Shown: in pieces, positions 17,934-28,202 of the stretch
Position numbering within the stretch: position 1 is the first letter of the stretch
How the letters are laid out: every line of letters starts with the position of its first letter
NCBI GenBank assembly: GCA_048268245.1
Contig: JBLWVX010000018.1
Span: 1-30,351 of the forward strand
Reading direction: 5' to 3'
Length of the DNA: 30,351 nt
From: Arcobacteraceae bacterium
GTDB lineage: Bacteria; Campylobacterota; Campylobacteria; Campylobacterales; Arcobacteraceae
Translations under genes and position numbers: made by a program
Notes under the pieces: model-generated
What the model saw: the letters and a program-made list of their open reading frames with translations, nothing else
Told to the model about the DNA's origin: nothing
Database searches by the model: none

Positions 17934-18157
17934 TGAGTACAAATAAAAAACTATGTCCTTTTTGTAAAAGAAACAATTCATGTCAAGCAAATATAAAAAA
18001 TACTAAATGTTGGTGTTTTAAAGTAAAAATACCAAAAGATTTAATAGCTCTAATTCCCAAAGAGCTACAAATGAAATCATGTATTTGTCAAAACTGCATA
18101 GAAGCTTATAAAGAAGATAAAGAGAAATTTTTAAAAGAGATAAATCCATTTAAATAG
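17933..18157 (+). CDS. Cysteine-rich CWC family protein
   Basis: CPFC...N.C, CWC and CICQNC motifs; TAATG stop/start overlap with the upstream gene. Confidence 0.88.
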   Translation: MSTNKKLCPFCKRNNSCQANIKNTKCWCFKVKIPKDLIALIPKELQMKSCICQNCIEAYKEDKEKFLKEINPFK

Positions 18158-18172
18158 ATTTATCTACTTTTA

Positions 18173-20833
18173 TTACTTTATATTTGGAGTTATCTTATCC
18201 CATCCATCAGGTAGCTCTTCGATTAAATCAAACTCATCATTACTACTTGCTTTTTGAGTATACTCTTTCGGTGTTACTAAAACTAAACCACCTTTTAAAA
18301 TACTTGTAAATGTATTTGATTCTACTTTTGAACCAGAGAAAATTGAGAACTTAACATTAAACCCACTTATATCATAGAACTTTGAGTTTTTTCTAACAAG
18401 GTTTGCATATTTATTCTCTATTTGACAGTGCATGATTACTTTAGATCCATCACTTGAAAGCTCTTTTTTATGTATCTTTCCTATTTGAACAAACTTATAA
18501 TAAATAGGTGCATTTACATCAGCTTTTGATGCATGAATAGAGTTTACTTTAAAAGTAGTTCCCTCATGGGTTTTATCAATAGCAGGTAATTCATCAAAAC
18601 CTACGAAACTATTTGCAAAAACATCTTTTGCTTTTGAAGTTACAACCCCAATATTTACAGCCATAACTGTTGAGCCTACATCAGATACTTGCTGTAGTGA
18701 AATAACTGGTTTTTTAAGATAATAAATCACACCTTTTTTTGCAAACTTCTCATAGTCATCATAGATTTGTGCTTTTACAACTGCTTTTTGCTCTTTGTTT
18801 AAAGAGATATTTGTAACCTTACCAATTTTCACACCTTTATATGTAAGTTGTGAAAACTCTTCATGTAAACCTTCAACATCATCGAAAACTATACTTATAC
18901 TATTTGAAATATTTTTTAGTTCATCATATGAAGAATAAACTCTTTTTTTCTCATAAGTTTTATCTGTTTTACTCATTAGATGAATTGAGCCTTCTAAGAA
19001 AGATGTGAAGTTATCAATATTTAGATTCATACCATTTAAACTGGCTTTAAAATCTAACTTTGATTTTTTATAAAAAGCACTTGTATTGTTTATGTATTTT
19101 TTAAAACCTTTATAAATAAATAGTTTTACTTTTGAGTCTTTTTCATCAAAAGAGATTGATTTTATAAAACCTATTTCTTTATTTTTATAAACTACAGACA
19201 TTCCTTCTTCTAAAATAAAACTGTTATCAAAATATGCTGTATATAAATCTCCTTGATTATATACTCTTTTTAAATCTCTAACATCTTTGTATTTCTCATA
19301 AAGTTTGAAACTTTTCTTTGAGAGTTTTGAGGCTCGTTTTTCAGTAAGAATTCCAATAGCACCGTTTAATAAAGGCTCAAAACCATTGTAGTTTATATCT
19401 ACATTTAAAGCTTTCATATCTACAAGTTTTGAACTTAAATCATAAAATAGAGTATGGTCATTTACTAAATCCTCATATTTTTTATCAATAGATACTTTTA
19501 TCTTAACCTTTGAGAAGTTCTTAGTAAAATCATAATCTAAAACCTTACCTATTTCTATATTTTTATAATAAAGTTTTGATTTTTTAGTAATAGAGTTTAA
19601 ATCATCTGCATATAAAGTTATGATTGTATTATCTGAACTTTTTTTCATGTCTTGATAATCTTTTGCTACAAAAATATCTTTTACTTCTCCTTTTTCATAA
19701 TCAAGAGAAATATAATCACCCTTTACAACATTTCCAAGATCTTCTACTCCATCAATACTAACTTTAGGTCTTTTTATAAAAAAGTCTGTATTTGAAGTAA
19801 GAAGATATTTATATTTATCATAAACAAAAGCTTTTGTTGATACATCCTCAGGTGTAAGTGAAAGCTCTGTTATTTTACCAACAGTGATACCTTTATAAAT
19901 AATAGGAGTATTCTCTCCTATTCCACTTGCATTTGCAAATTTTATATGAAAATACTTTTTCTTTTTTAGGTCATCTTTACTAGCATAAAGAATATGAATC
20001 TCATCCCTTTTTATTTTTTCATCATCTTTTTTTGGAGTTACAACTGTTATTCCTCCAACTATTGCTGAGTATAATGAACCTAACTCTATATTTAAACCAC
20101 TTGGTCCATAGTTAACTTTTAAAGCACTATTGATTACAAACTTTGAACTATTATTTACAAGATAGTTAAACTTATCATAAATGTAGGCATTTAAAAAAGC
20201 TTTTTCTGCTTTAAACTCTTTAGATACAACCTCACCTATTTGAAATTGGTTGTAAAAGATTGGTGTTCCTACTTCTAAACTTTCTTTATCATTTGCAAGT
20301 AAAGTTATATAATACCCTTCTGCTGATAACTCATCATCTGGACTACTGTCAAGCCCTTCAAAGATATACTTTTCCTTTCCTGTTTCAAACTCTTCTTTTA
20401 TCCTAAACTTAGGAGAAATCTCAATTTTAAATCCACTAATTAAAGTACTTAACCCTGATACTTTAGTAAGGGAAATTGTAGGTCTTTTTATATAAAACCT
20501 TGAACTTTCACTTGCTACATATTTTGCTACTTCATTTTTTACAAGGATATTTACTTTTACACTTTTTAAATCATCATGAAGCTTAATATTGGTTACTTTT
20601 CCAAGTTGTAGACCTTTATACTCTAAAGGAGTAACATTTTCTTTAAGTCCTTCTGCACTTTTAAATATAACTTCAATATTTGTGCCTTTTTTCATATATG
20701 ACTCATAAGCAATCCAAGATAAAATACCTAAAATAATCAAAGGTAAAACCCATATAAAAGATACAGCTTTTTTATTTTTTCTCTCTTTTGCTTTATAAAC
20801 AACTTCTTCTATATTTCCATCTTGATTACTCAT
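18173..20833 (-). CDS. letB: LetB/YebT-type multi-MCE intermembrane lipid transport protein (PqiB/MlaD family)
   Basis: N-terminal TM segment (WVLPLIILGILSWIAY) and seven MCE starts: YKGLQLGKV, YNQFQIGEV, YKGITVGKI, YKNIEIGKV, YKNKEIGFI, YKGVKIGKV, YKFVQIGKI. Seven domains fit LetB rather than the three-domain PqiB. Confidence 0.85.
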   Translation of the reverse strand: MSNQDGNIEEVVYKAKERKNKKAVSFIWVLPLIILGILSWIAYESYMKKGTNIEVIFKSAEGLKENVTPLEYKGLQLGKVTNIKLHDDLKSVKVNILVKNEVAKYVASESSRFYIKRPTISLTKVSGLSTLISGFKIEISPKFRIKEEFETGKEKYIFEGLDSSPDDELSAEGYYITLLANDKESLEVGTPIFYNQFQIGEVVSKEFKAEKAFLNAYIYDKFNYLVNNSSKFVINSALKVNYGPSGLNIELGSLYSAIVGGITVVTPKKDDEKIKRDEIHILYASKDDLKKKKYFHIKFANASGIGENTPIIYKGITVGKITELSLTPEDVSTKAFVYDKYKYLLTSNTDFFIKRPKVSIDGVEDLGNVVKGDYISLDYEKGEVKDIFVAKDYQDMKKSSDNTIITLYADDLNSITKKSKLYYKNIEIGKVLDYDFTKNFSKVKIKVSIDKKYEDLVNDHTLFYDLSSKLVDMKALNVDINYNGFEPLLNGAIGILTEKRASKLSKKSFKLYEKYKDVRDLKRVYNQGDLYTAYFDNSFILEEGMSVVYKNKEIGFIKSISFDEKDSKVKLFIYKGFKKYINNTSAFYKKSKLDFKASLNGMNLNIDNFTSFLEGSIHLMSKTDKTYEKKRVYSSYDELKNISNSISIVFDDVEGLHEEFSQLTYKGVKIGKVTNISLNKEQKAVVKAQIYDDYEKFAKKGVIYYLKKPVISLQQVSDVGSTVMAVNIGVVTSKAKDVFANSFVGFDELPAIDKTHEGTTFKVNSIHASKADVNAPIYYKFVQIGKIHKKELSSDGSKVIMHCQIENKYANLVRKNSKFYDISGFNVKFSIFSGSKVESNTFTSILKGGLVLVTPKEYTQKASSNDEFDLIEELPDGWDKITPNIK

Positions 20834-21407
20834 CCCAAATTATCCTTGTATCAAATCTATATGCAGCTATCATTGTAATAACTACTACTAATGCAAAAGA
20901 GGTTGCAGCAATTCCTCCTTTGATATTAAAAAGTTCATCTAGTTGAACTATTGAAGCCATGATAGCCACAACATATATATCAATCATTGACCACTTTCCA
21001 ATCATATCAATAAACTTAAAAACAACTAGTTTTGTTTTATTACTCATTTTTATATGCATTTTTAAGCTTACAAAAATCAATAATAAACCTATAAGTTTTA
21101 TAACAGGAATTACAATACTTGCTATAAAAACAACAGCGGCTATAAAATAGTTTTCATACTCTAAAAAACTAATAACCCCTTCTAAAATAGTACTTTGAGT
21201 TGTAACACCAAATTTAGTTATTTCCATCATTGGATAAACCATTGCTGGTATATACAAAAGCATCGCACTTATTACTAAAGCTAAAGAGACTTGTAAAGAG
21301 TGATGTATTCTTCTTCTAACCACATGATTACATCTATCACATACAAAGTTATCATAGTTTGGCTTTTTAAAAACCTTATGGCAGTTTTTACATGAAATCA
21401 AATGCAT
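20826..21407 (-). CDS. pqiA: Paraquat-inducible protein A / LetA family, C-terminal half
   Basis: Zn-ribbon CKNC...CDRC, LLYIPA..YPMM, STILEGV, VFIASIVIP and IGKWSMIDIYVVA. Confidence 0.92.
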   Translation of the reverse strand: MHLISCKNCHKVFKKPNYDNFVCDRCNHVVRRRIHHSLQVSLALVISAMLLYIPAMVYPMMEITKFGVTTQSTILEGVISFLEYENYFIAAVVFIASIVIPVIKLIGLLLIFVSLKMHIKMSNKTKLVVFKFIDMIGKWSMIDIYVVAIMASIVQLDELFNIKGGIAATSFALVVVITMIAAYRFDTRIIWDE

Positions 21408-22007
21408 CTACTCTCCAAAAACATTCTTACCCTCAAATTTTATATTAGACATATATAAACAGAACAAATATACTAACATAAGATAAAAGCCTATATCAAA
21501 TCTAGTACTATCTGACATACCAACAAGTTTTATATATGTTACTATTACACTTATTATAAATACTTCAATAAAGCCCCAATGTTTAAAAAACACTAAACTA
21601 TCATGAAGTAAAGTATTTGTAAAAAACTTTATATTTGTATGCATTTGAATAAAAGAAAAAATGATAATTAGTGAATTTAAAACAGGAGCTAAAAAAATAG
21701 TAAAAAAAACTATTAAAGCCACAAAAAACAGGTTTTGCTCTAATAAAATCAAAATAGTATCGTATAAAGTAGTTTTTAAATGAGCATTATTTACATCTAA
21801 ACTTATTAAAGGATAGATATTTAAAAGTACGAAAAGTAAAAGTGCAGAAATTGCATAATATAGTGAATCAAAACTATGATTATTTTCTAACAATAATCTA
21901 GTATTACACCTAGGGCATTTAAACTTTTTACCCTTTTTCTTTTCTTGTTTTGATATAAAAAGTCCACAACCATAACACTCAATTACTTTATTTGTATCTA
22001 TTGACAT
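21408..22007 (-). CDS. pqiA: Paraquat-inducible protein A / LetA family, N-terminal half
   Basis: Zn-ribbon CYGC...CPRC, YPLISL and WGFIEVFIISVIVTYIKL. Confidence 0.88.
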   Translation of the reverse strand: MSIDTNKVIECYGCGLFISKQEKKKGKKFKCPRCNTRLLLENNHSFDSLYYAISALLLFVLLNIYPLISLDVNNAHLKTTLYDTILILLEQNLFFVALIVFFTIFLAPVLNSLIIIFSFIQMHTNIKFFTNTLLHDSLVFFKHWGFIEVFIISVIVTYIKLVGMSDSTRFDIGFYLMLVYLFCLYMSNIKFEGKNVFGE

Positions 22008-22158
22008 TATTTCCCTATTTTTAATATCTTATAATTTTATCATAATTATCTTTTTTATGCTTTAATACTTTTAAGTGAGTATTTTACTTTACCATAGTAT
22101 TATTACCTTGCTATAAAGCATAAATATAAACAATTTTAAATTTTTAAAGGTTCATAAA

Positions 22159-22593
22159 ATGGAATTTAATATAACACCAGCACAAGTTGGTACTAGACCT
22201 CCTGTAGAAAAACCAAGCCATGCGGTATTAGAGTATCTTGGAGAAGAAGGTATGAGAAAACTTGTATCAGATCATTATGATTTATTAAGACAAAGTAATA
22301 TCAAAGGTCTTTTCCCTCCAACTGATGAAGGATTTGCAAAAGCAAAAGAACACTCAGCTGATTTCTTTATTCAAATTTGTGGTGGACCTCAATACTTTAA
22401 TCAAAAAAGAGGAAAACCAATGATGGCAGCTAGACATGCACCATTTAAAATTAATCCAGAAGCTAGAAGAGTTTGGCTTGAATCATATGCTATGGTTTTA
22501 GCACAACACGATATGCCAGAAGAGTTAAAAAAATCTTTTTGGAATTATATTGACATCTTTTCTATTTGGATGATGAATACAACTGAAGATTAA
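22159..22593 (+). CDS. Truncated (2/2) hemoglobin, group II-like
   Basis: Motifs LGEEGMRKLV..HY, LFP, FFIQICGGP.YF...RG.P.M.ARH.PF.I and RRVWL. Confidence 0.88.
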   Translation: MEFNITPAQVGTRPPVEKPSHAVLEYLGEEGMRKLVSDHYDLLRQSNIKGLFPPTDEGFAKAKEHSADFFIQICGGPQYFNQKRGKPMMAARHAPFKINPEARRVWLESYAMVLAQHDMPEELKKSFWNYIDIFSIWMMNTTED

Positions 22594-22594
22594 A

Positions 22595-22626
22595 AAATAA
22601 AAGAGTAAAAAACTACTCTTTTATTT
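22595..22626. terminator. Bidirectional intrinsic terminator
   Basis: AAATAAAAGAGTA-AAAAAC-TACTCTTTTATTT between convergent genes. Confidence 0.65.
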
Positions 22627-23292
22627 AATATAAATACCAACTCCCTTTTCAGAGGCAATATCTATTTTTTCTAGTTTTGATTTTAGTCTATGAATTAATT
22701 GTCTTCTAGCAACATCAGAACCTTTTTTATCTTTCCAAATAGCAGTATTTACTGCATCATAAGATAAAATATCTCCCATTGAGTTAACTAATAAAGAAAG
22801 TAAAATGCTCTCATTTCTTGTAAGTAAAATCTCTTTATCACCTTCAAAAATCTTTTTGTTAGTGAAGTCATACTTATAAACATCATTGATGTTTTTCATT
22901 TTTCTTTTTTCTAATATTTGATATTTTGAAATAGCTATTTTAATCATAGTATCAAGTTCATCAATTCTAATAGGTTTAACTAAATATCCAACCATATTTA
23001 CTACATCAGAAGCTCTTTTGATTTTTTCTTCATCATTATAAGCTGTTGTAAAAATAATTGGTAAATTATAAGTATTTTGTAGTATCTTAGAAACTTCGAT
23101 ACCATCTGTAAGACCTCTAATTTCAATATCTGAAACTACAATATCAATACTTGTATCAAAAGCCACTTCTAAAGCATCTTCTGCTGTATCAACAATATCA
23201 ACAACTTCATATCCAAAGTTCTCAATAACAGATTTTAGATTTTCTGCAATCATTTTTTCATCTTCGATTAAAAGTATTCTAATCTTATCCAT
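22621..23292 (-). CDS. Response regulator (REC plus OmpR-type winged helix)
   Basis: ILLIEDE, phosphoacceptor in VVSDIEI, FTTAY and YLVKP; C-terminal LTRNE..LL and EKGVGIYI. Start moved to the ATG at 23292, which has an AGGGG RBS. Confidence 0.9.
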   Translation of the reverse strand: MDKIRILLIEDEKMIAENLKSVIENFGYEVVDIVDTAEDALEVAFDTSIDIVVSDIEIRGLTDGIEVSKILQNTYNLPIIFTTAYNDEEKIKRASDVVNMVGYLVKPIRIDELDTMIKIAISKYQILEKRKMKNINDVYKYDFTNKKIFEGDKEILLTRNESILLSLLVNSMGDILSYDAVNTAIWKDKKGSDVARRQLIHRLKSKLEKIDIASEKGVGIYIK

Positions 23293-23303
23293 TTTACCCC
23301 TTT

Positions 23304-24614
23304 TTAATTTCCTATTGCTAGTGAGTATAAAACCATACAATACTCATCAATAAATTCACAAACTTCATCATCATAGTAAGCACCTATTCCACTACACCCT
23401 ATTTTCATATAGTTACTAGCAAGATATAATCTATGTCCTATGATTCCAGCTTTTTGATATAAAGCTTGGTAGTTTTTATCCTTTGAAGTTAAATAAAAAG
23501 TTATAGCACTACTTGAACCTAAATCTTGCTCCAAGCACAAGTAACCAGCCTTTGATTTAAAGTCACCTTTTTTAATCAACTTACCATTTTTATATAAACC
23601 TATAGGCATACTCTCAACTCTATTTACAACATAATAAATATCAATTTGCTCATCACAATCAGAAGTAATTGCTTGGTTTAAAATATTTAATATTGATTCA
23701 TACTGAACTTTTGAAATAGATTTATTAGAAAAACCTCGAATAGACCTTCTTTTAAAAATTGTTTCTTTAAAAAGTTCTTTATTATAAACAAAGTTTGCTT
23801 TATGTAATTGTACTATTTTATTATTTATTTTAGATGAGAGGAGATATGCCTTTTCAATTAAATCATTTTTTTCAAAAATCTCTTCTTTACTGCTTTGCCC
23901 AACTTTTAAACCATCAATTGTAGGCAAGTCTAATAATATAGGACTCTTGCATATATCTGTCTTTTTAGCACAGACAACTAATGAGTTAAAAAACTCTTTT
24001 TCATCAAAAGCAAAAAGTCTATTCATTTTTTTTCTATCAAAATCATAAATTATTGAAAACTCTTTATCAAAGAGATATGAAGAAGCCTCAATTGAACCTA
24101 ATATATGTCCTGCATCTAATAAACAATATCTAAATGCTCTATTTTTATATTTCCACGAAGACCTATAGTAAACAGATGAAACAAAGAAAAGAAAACCATC
24201 ATAACTTTCATCAATTTCTAAGTTTCCTTCAATACCTTCACCTTCTTTTAGTTTATATAATAGTGTAGCACTTGACAAGCTAATTTCAAAATGATAAATA
24301 CCATCTTCAAAGCCATTTTCATTTCTTACTTGAAAATATATCTCATTTGGATAAAGAGCTCCAGCACTTGGATTTACTCTTAAGTAATATTCAACTCCTG
24401 GATAGACTTTTTTTGCATTCACTCCTGCAATTAAATATAAAAAGTTATGGTTATCTAAATTTGTATTTAAATCTACTCGTTTATAGCTTTGAGGATAGTT
24501 CTTAAAAGTACTTGGTTGATTGTTCCAATCTAATCTGTTAGGGAAAGCCCTAACAGAATGATATGAATGTTTTGTTTCTTGGTGATATTTAAAAAAATCA
24601 TAAAATTGTTTCAT
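23304..24614 (-). CDS. SagB/ThcOx-like FMN-dependent dehydrogenase (two nitroreductase-fold domains)
   Basis: Motifs YHQETKH, LRVNPSAGALYPNE, RSSWKY..RAFRYCLLDAGH, RRSIRGF and GCSGIGAYYDDE. Confidence 0.88.
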   Translation of the reverse strand: MKQFYDFFKYHQETKHSYHSVRAFPNRLDWNNQPSTFKNYPQSYKRVDLNTNLDNHNFLYLIAGVNAKKVYPGVEYYLRVNPSAGALYPNEIYFQVRNENGFEDGIYHFEISLSSATLLYKLKEGEGIEGNLEIDESYDGFLFFVSSVYYRSSWKYKNRAFRYCLLDAGHILGSIEASSYLFDKEFSIIYDFDRKKMNRLFAFDEKEFFNSLVVCAKKTDICKSPILLDLPTIDGLKVGQSSKEEIFEKNDLIEKAYLLSSKINNKIVQLHKANFVYNKELFKETIFKRRSIRGFSNKSISKVQYESILNILNQAITSDCDEQIDIYYVVNRVESMPIGLYKNGKLIKKGDFKSKAGYLCLEQDLGSSSAITFYLTSKDKNYQALYQKAGIIGHRLYLASNYMKIGCSGIGAYYDDEVCEFIDEYCMVLYSLAIGN

Positions 24615-24621
24615 TTTTTTC

Positions 24622-24834
24622 TTAATGCTTAGTAGCAGTAATTCCTGGTTTTTCAGGAGTACCTATATAGTCATCAGGAGTTGATGTTGCTTTAAAATAA
24701 GCAAAAACTGCTCCTACTATTAATAATACTACTATTACCTTCCTTACTGTTTTTTTCTTTTGTAAAGACTCATTTCCATTATAGTCTTCTATTTTATCCA
24801 TACTTAATTCATCGTCAAAATCTTTATTTTTCAT
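24622..24834 (-). CDS. Small single-TM hypothetical protein
   Basis: 70 aa with one hydrophobic helix (VIVVLLIVGAVFAYF); RBS AAGGA. Confidence 0.75.
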   Translation of the reverse strand: MKNKDFDDELSMDKIEDYNGNESLQKKKTVRKVIVVLLIVGAVFAYFKATSTPDDYIGTPEKPGITATKH

Positions 24835-24912
24835 AGTTATATCCTTTCATGTTATCAACTATAAGTATAACTAATTTAATTTTAACAATCAAATATTAAT
24901 TATAAGTTAATA

Positions 24913-27900
24913 TTATATTAACGAAACCATTAATTGATTAACTGTTATAGTAATTTCTTTAATATCTTTTGTCTCTTTTGCCATAAATGTATCTAAGTGT
25001 GATCTAACTTTGTAAAAAACCTCTTTTTCATTTGTAACAAAATTTGCAAATGCTACATCTGGTTCTTCATTTACCCTTTTAAACTCTAAAACTTTCTTTG
25101 TATAGTGTACAACAATAAAGTCAATGAACTGTAATACTTGATTTCTTAAAGTCATATCACTTTGATTTGAAATTTTAACTCTATTTAATGCAATTACTAT
25201 TTCTAAGATATTAAACTCATGGATTAATGAATAGAATAAAATTATCACATCTTTAAATGAATGATGAGTATCCTCTTTTATCATGATAGCTGCAATTGCA
25301 AATCTTAGATAATCAATAACTGAATAGAATTGATTAAAGTCTGCATCCTCTTCAATTAAAACCTCTACTTTTTGATTGTGTACTTCTGATAAAAGTTGGA
25401 ATAACTCTTCTTTGTGGTCTAAAATATGAGAAGAATCTAACTGATTTTTCTTTAAATATTTAAGCATCCATCTAGTACTTGCATATAATGTATATTCTAG
25501 TTTATTTATAAGTTTATACTGTTTTTCTATATTCATAGTATAATCTTGGTCATAAATTTTTTGTCTAATATTTCTTGCACCAAATAACTGTTTGATGATT
25601 AAATAAGATTTGATTTTTAATAAAAATCTATCTTTACCTAACTTTTCATAATCACTTACAAAAGTACATCCTTGAGAGTTTATAATTATATCTGCCATCA
25701 TAGTAGCAATTATTTCTCTTTTTAATGGATGGTTAAAAATATCATGTTCGTAAGCACCAACAAAAGATTTTGGAAAGTATCTATATAAATACTGCTGTGC
25801 AAACTGTTCATCAATTAGATTAGATTCAAGTAATACTTTTTTTACAAATATTTTACTATATGATAAAAGTGAACCTAAAACAGGTCTTACTATTGAACCA
25901 TGTATATCTATTATTTCATTTATATTTTCATTTTTTGGTATATAAAAGTCTCTTCTATTAAATGCTTCTACATTATTTTCTAACACTTCTATTGTTCTAA
26001 TAAAATCATTTACATACTTTCTTGAGAATTGCTCATCAATTGAAATTACAAAAGCTTGGTCATAGTTACTTTGTAAAACCATATCAACAACTTGATCAGT
26101 AAGAGAGTAAAGAGTATCTTGAACTTGTTTTTCAGTTAGAACTCCTTGAGATTTAATACTGTTTAACAAAATTTTTAAGTTAACTTCATGGTCTGAAGTA
26201 TTTACTCCTGCAGCATTATCAATAGCATCTTGGTGAATTCTTCCACCATTTAAAGCATATTCAATTCTTGCTCTTTGAGTAAAACCTAAGTTACCACCTT
26301 CACAAACTACTTTTGCTTTAATTTCATTAGCATCAACTCTTACAGCTTCATTTTGTTTATCACCTAAATCTAAGTTGTTTTCATCACTAGCTTTAACATA
26401 AGTTCCTACACCACCATTAAACAGCATATCAACTTCTAAAGTAAGTAAACTTCTAGATAATTCTTCACCTGAGATTACTTTTTTTGTAGTATTTAATAGT
26501 TTTTTAATTTCAGGTGTAAGAGTTATCTCTTTATCACTTCTTTTAAAGATACCTCCACCTTTTGAAATAAGTTTTGTATTATAGTTTTTCCAGCCACCAT
26601 TTTTAGATTCAAAAAGTCTTTTTCTTTCTTTATAAGAAACTTTTAAATCAGGATTAGGGTCTACAAAAATATCACTATGAGAAATTGCTGCAAGTAATTT
26701 GAACTTTTCAGACTCAATCATACCATTTCCAAAAACATCTCCACTCATAGAACCAATACCTACAACTGTTACTTCATCTTTGTAAATATCTATTTCTTCT
26801 TCAATAAAGAATCTTTTTGTTGACATAAGAGAACCTCGAGCAGTAATACCTAAATCTTTATGCCCATATCCATTACTTCCACCACTTGCAAAAGCATCAC
26901 CAAGCCAGTAACCTCTACTAATTGCAATATCATTTGCAACATCACTCATAGCAGCAGTTCCTTTATCAGCAGCTACTACAAAATATGGGTCATCTCCATC
27001 ATAAGCTACGATATTTTTATCTCTTACAACTTCCTCATTAACCATGTTATCTACGAGGTCTAAATTTGCATTAATAAATTCTGAGTAAACATCTGTAAAA
27101 AACTCTTTTGTTACATCTTCAATACTCTTATTAATTACAAAACCACCCTTTGAACCATCAGGAATAATAATAGAATTTTTACCCTCTTGTGTAATCATCA
27201 ATGATTTTACTTCTTGTCTGTAATCATCATGTCTATCAGACCATCTAAGACCACCTCTTGATACTTTTGACATTCTTAAGTGAACCCCATAAAAGTCTTG
27301 GTGATAAATAAAGTTTTCAAAGTTTGGTTGTAAACCTCTTAAATCTTTACCAAAAGTTTTTGTATCTATCTTAAAAGCTATAGTCTCTTTATTTAAAAAA
27401 TAATTAGTTCTTAAAAGAGATTTTAAAAACATAAACGTAATATTTAAAACCTTGTCATCAATAATTTGAGGAATTGCTTTAATTTCATCTTTTATTTTCT
27501 CTTCAATTTCAGTTAATATTTTTTTTCTATCTTTTAATTCTGGTTTAAATTTAGTAATAAAATATTTTACAAACATACAGGCTAATTTATCATGTTTTGT
27601 AAGTGTGTTTAAAATTGTTGCAGAGTTTATAGTCAAAACTGCTTGGTCTATATACTCAATAAAAGCTCTTAGAAGTTTGATTTTTCTAATAGATAAGTTT
27701 TGTTTATAAACTAAACTAAATGCCTTTGAATGCTTAATATTTGAATCTTTTAAGCTATTTGCTATTATAAACTCTAAATTTTCTTTTGCTTCCTCAAGCT
27801 TTTCTACATCTGTAACATTTAAATTAAATCTAGAGATATAAATCTCTTTACTTTTGTGAGAAATATTATAAGTAACCTCATCAATAATTTCAAAACCAAT

Positions 27901-28098
27901 ATTATGTAATAAAGGTGTTATATGAGATAGAAAAAGTTTTTTTGTTGAAAAAATCTTTACATATTTTGTATCTTTTCCATCTAATATTTTAGAAACAATG
28001 CCTTCTTTTAAAACCTCTTCAAAAAGCTCATTGCTTACAGCTAAGTCATCAGGTGTTAAAAGTTGAGAACATATTGCGTGCATATCTGAATTAGCCAC
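24913..28098 (-). CDS. gdhB: NAD-specific glutamate dehydrogenase, large type
   Basis: Motifs GVHLR...VSRGGLRWSDR, KNSIIIP.GSKGGF, DDPYFVVAADKGTA, WLGDAFASGGS.GY.HK.LGITARG, GIGSMSGDVFGNG, EGGNLGFTQ.ARIE and DAIDNAAGV.TSDHEVNLKI. GTG start with GAAGGA RBS. Confidence 0.93.
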   Translation of the reverse strand: MANSDMHAICSQLLTPDDLAVSNELFEEVLKEGIVSKILDGKDTKYVKIFSTKKLFLSHITPLLHNIGFEIIDEVTYNISHKSKEIYISRFNLNVTDVEKLEEAKENLEFIIANSLKDSNIKHSKAFSLVYKQNLSIRKIKLLRAFIEYIDQAVLTINSATILNTLTKHDKLACMFVKYFITKFKPELKDRKKILTEIEEKIKDEIKAIPQIIDDKVLNITFMFLKSLLRTNYFLNKETIAFKIDTKTFGKDLRGLQPNFENFIYHQDFYGVHLRMSKVSRGGLRWSDRHDDYRQEVKSLMITQEGKNSIIIPDGSKGGFVINKSIEDVTKEFFTDVYSEFINANLDLVDNMVNEEVVRDKNIVAYDGDDPYFVVAADKGTAAMSDVANDIAISRGYWLGDAFASGGSNGYGHKDLGITARGSLMSTKRFFIEEEIDIYKDEVTVVGIGSMSGDVFGNGMIESEKFKLLAAISHSDIFVDPNPDLKVSYKERKRLFESKNGGWKNYNTKLISKGGGIFKRSDKEITLTPEIKKLLNTTKKVISGEELSRSLLTLEVDMLFNGGVGTYVKASDENNLDLGDKQNEAVRVDANEIKAKVVCEGGNLGFTQRARIEYALNGGRIHQDAIDNAAGVNTSDHEVNLKILLNSIKSQGVLTEKQVQDTLYSLTDQVVDMVLQSNYDQAFVISIDEQFSRKYVNDFIRTIEVLENNVEAFNRRDFYIPKNENINEIIDIHGSIVRPVLGSLLSYSKIFVKKVLLESNLIDEQFAQQYLYRYFPKSFVGAYEHDIFNHPLKREIIATMMADIIINSQGCTFVSDYEKLGKDRFLLKIKSYLIIKQLFGARNIRQKIYDQDYTMNIEKQYKLINKLEYTLYASTRWMLKYLKKNQLDSSHILDHKEELFQLLSEVHNQKVEVLIEEDADFNQFYSVIDYLRFAIAAIMIKEDTHHSFKDVIILFYSLIHEFNILEIVIALNRVKISNQSDMTLRNQVLQFIDFIVVHYTKKVLEFKRVNEEPDVAFANFVTNEKEVFYKVRSHLDTFMAKETKDIKEITITVNQLMVSLI

Positions 28099-28202
28099 TA
28101 TTTTTCCTTCTTTTTATAGATTATTTTTCCATATCTTACTCTTTATAAGTTAAGAAATCATTAAAAGTTAAAAGATTTTATAAGTTAATAATATATTTGT
28201 TA

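Noticed and set aside
23304..24834. SagB-like gene plus 70-aa ORF as an azole-RiPP cluster
   Set aside because: No YcaO/cyclodehydratase or transporter nearby, and the small protein has a TM helix and no Cys-rich core.
16424..27063. ORFs 16424-16609, 17579-17794, 20959-21150 and 26860-27063
   Set aside because: Short antisense frames overlapping well-supported genes.
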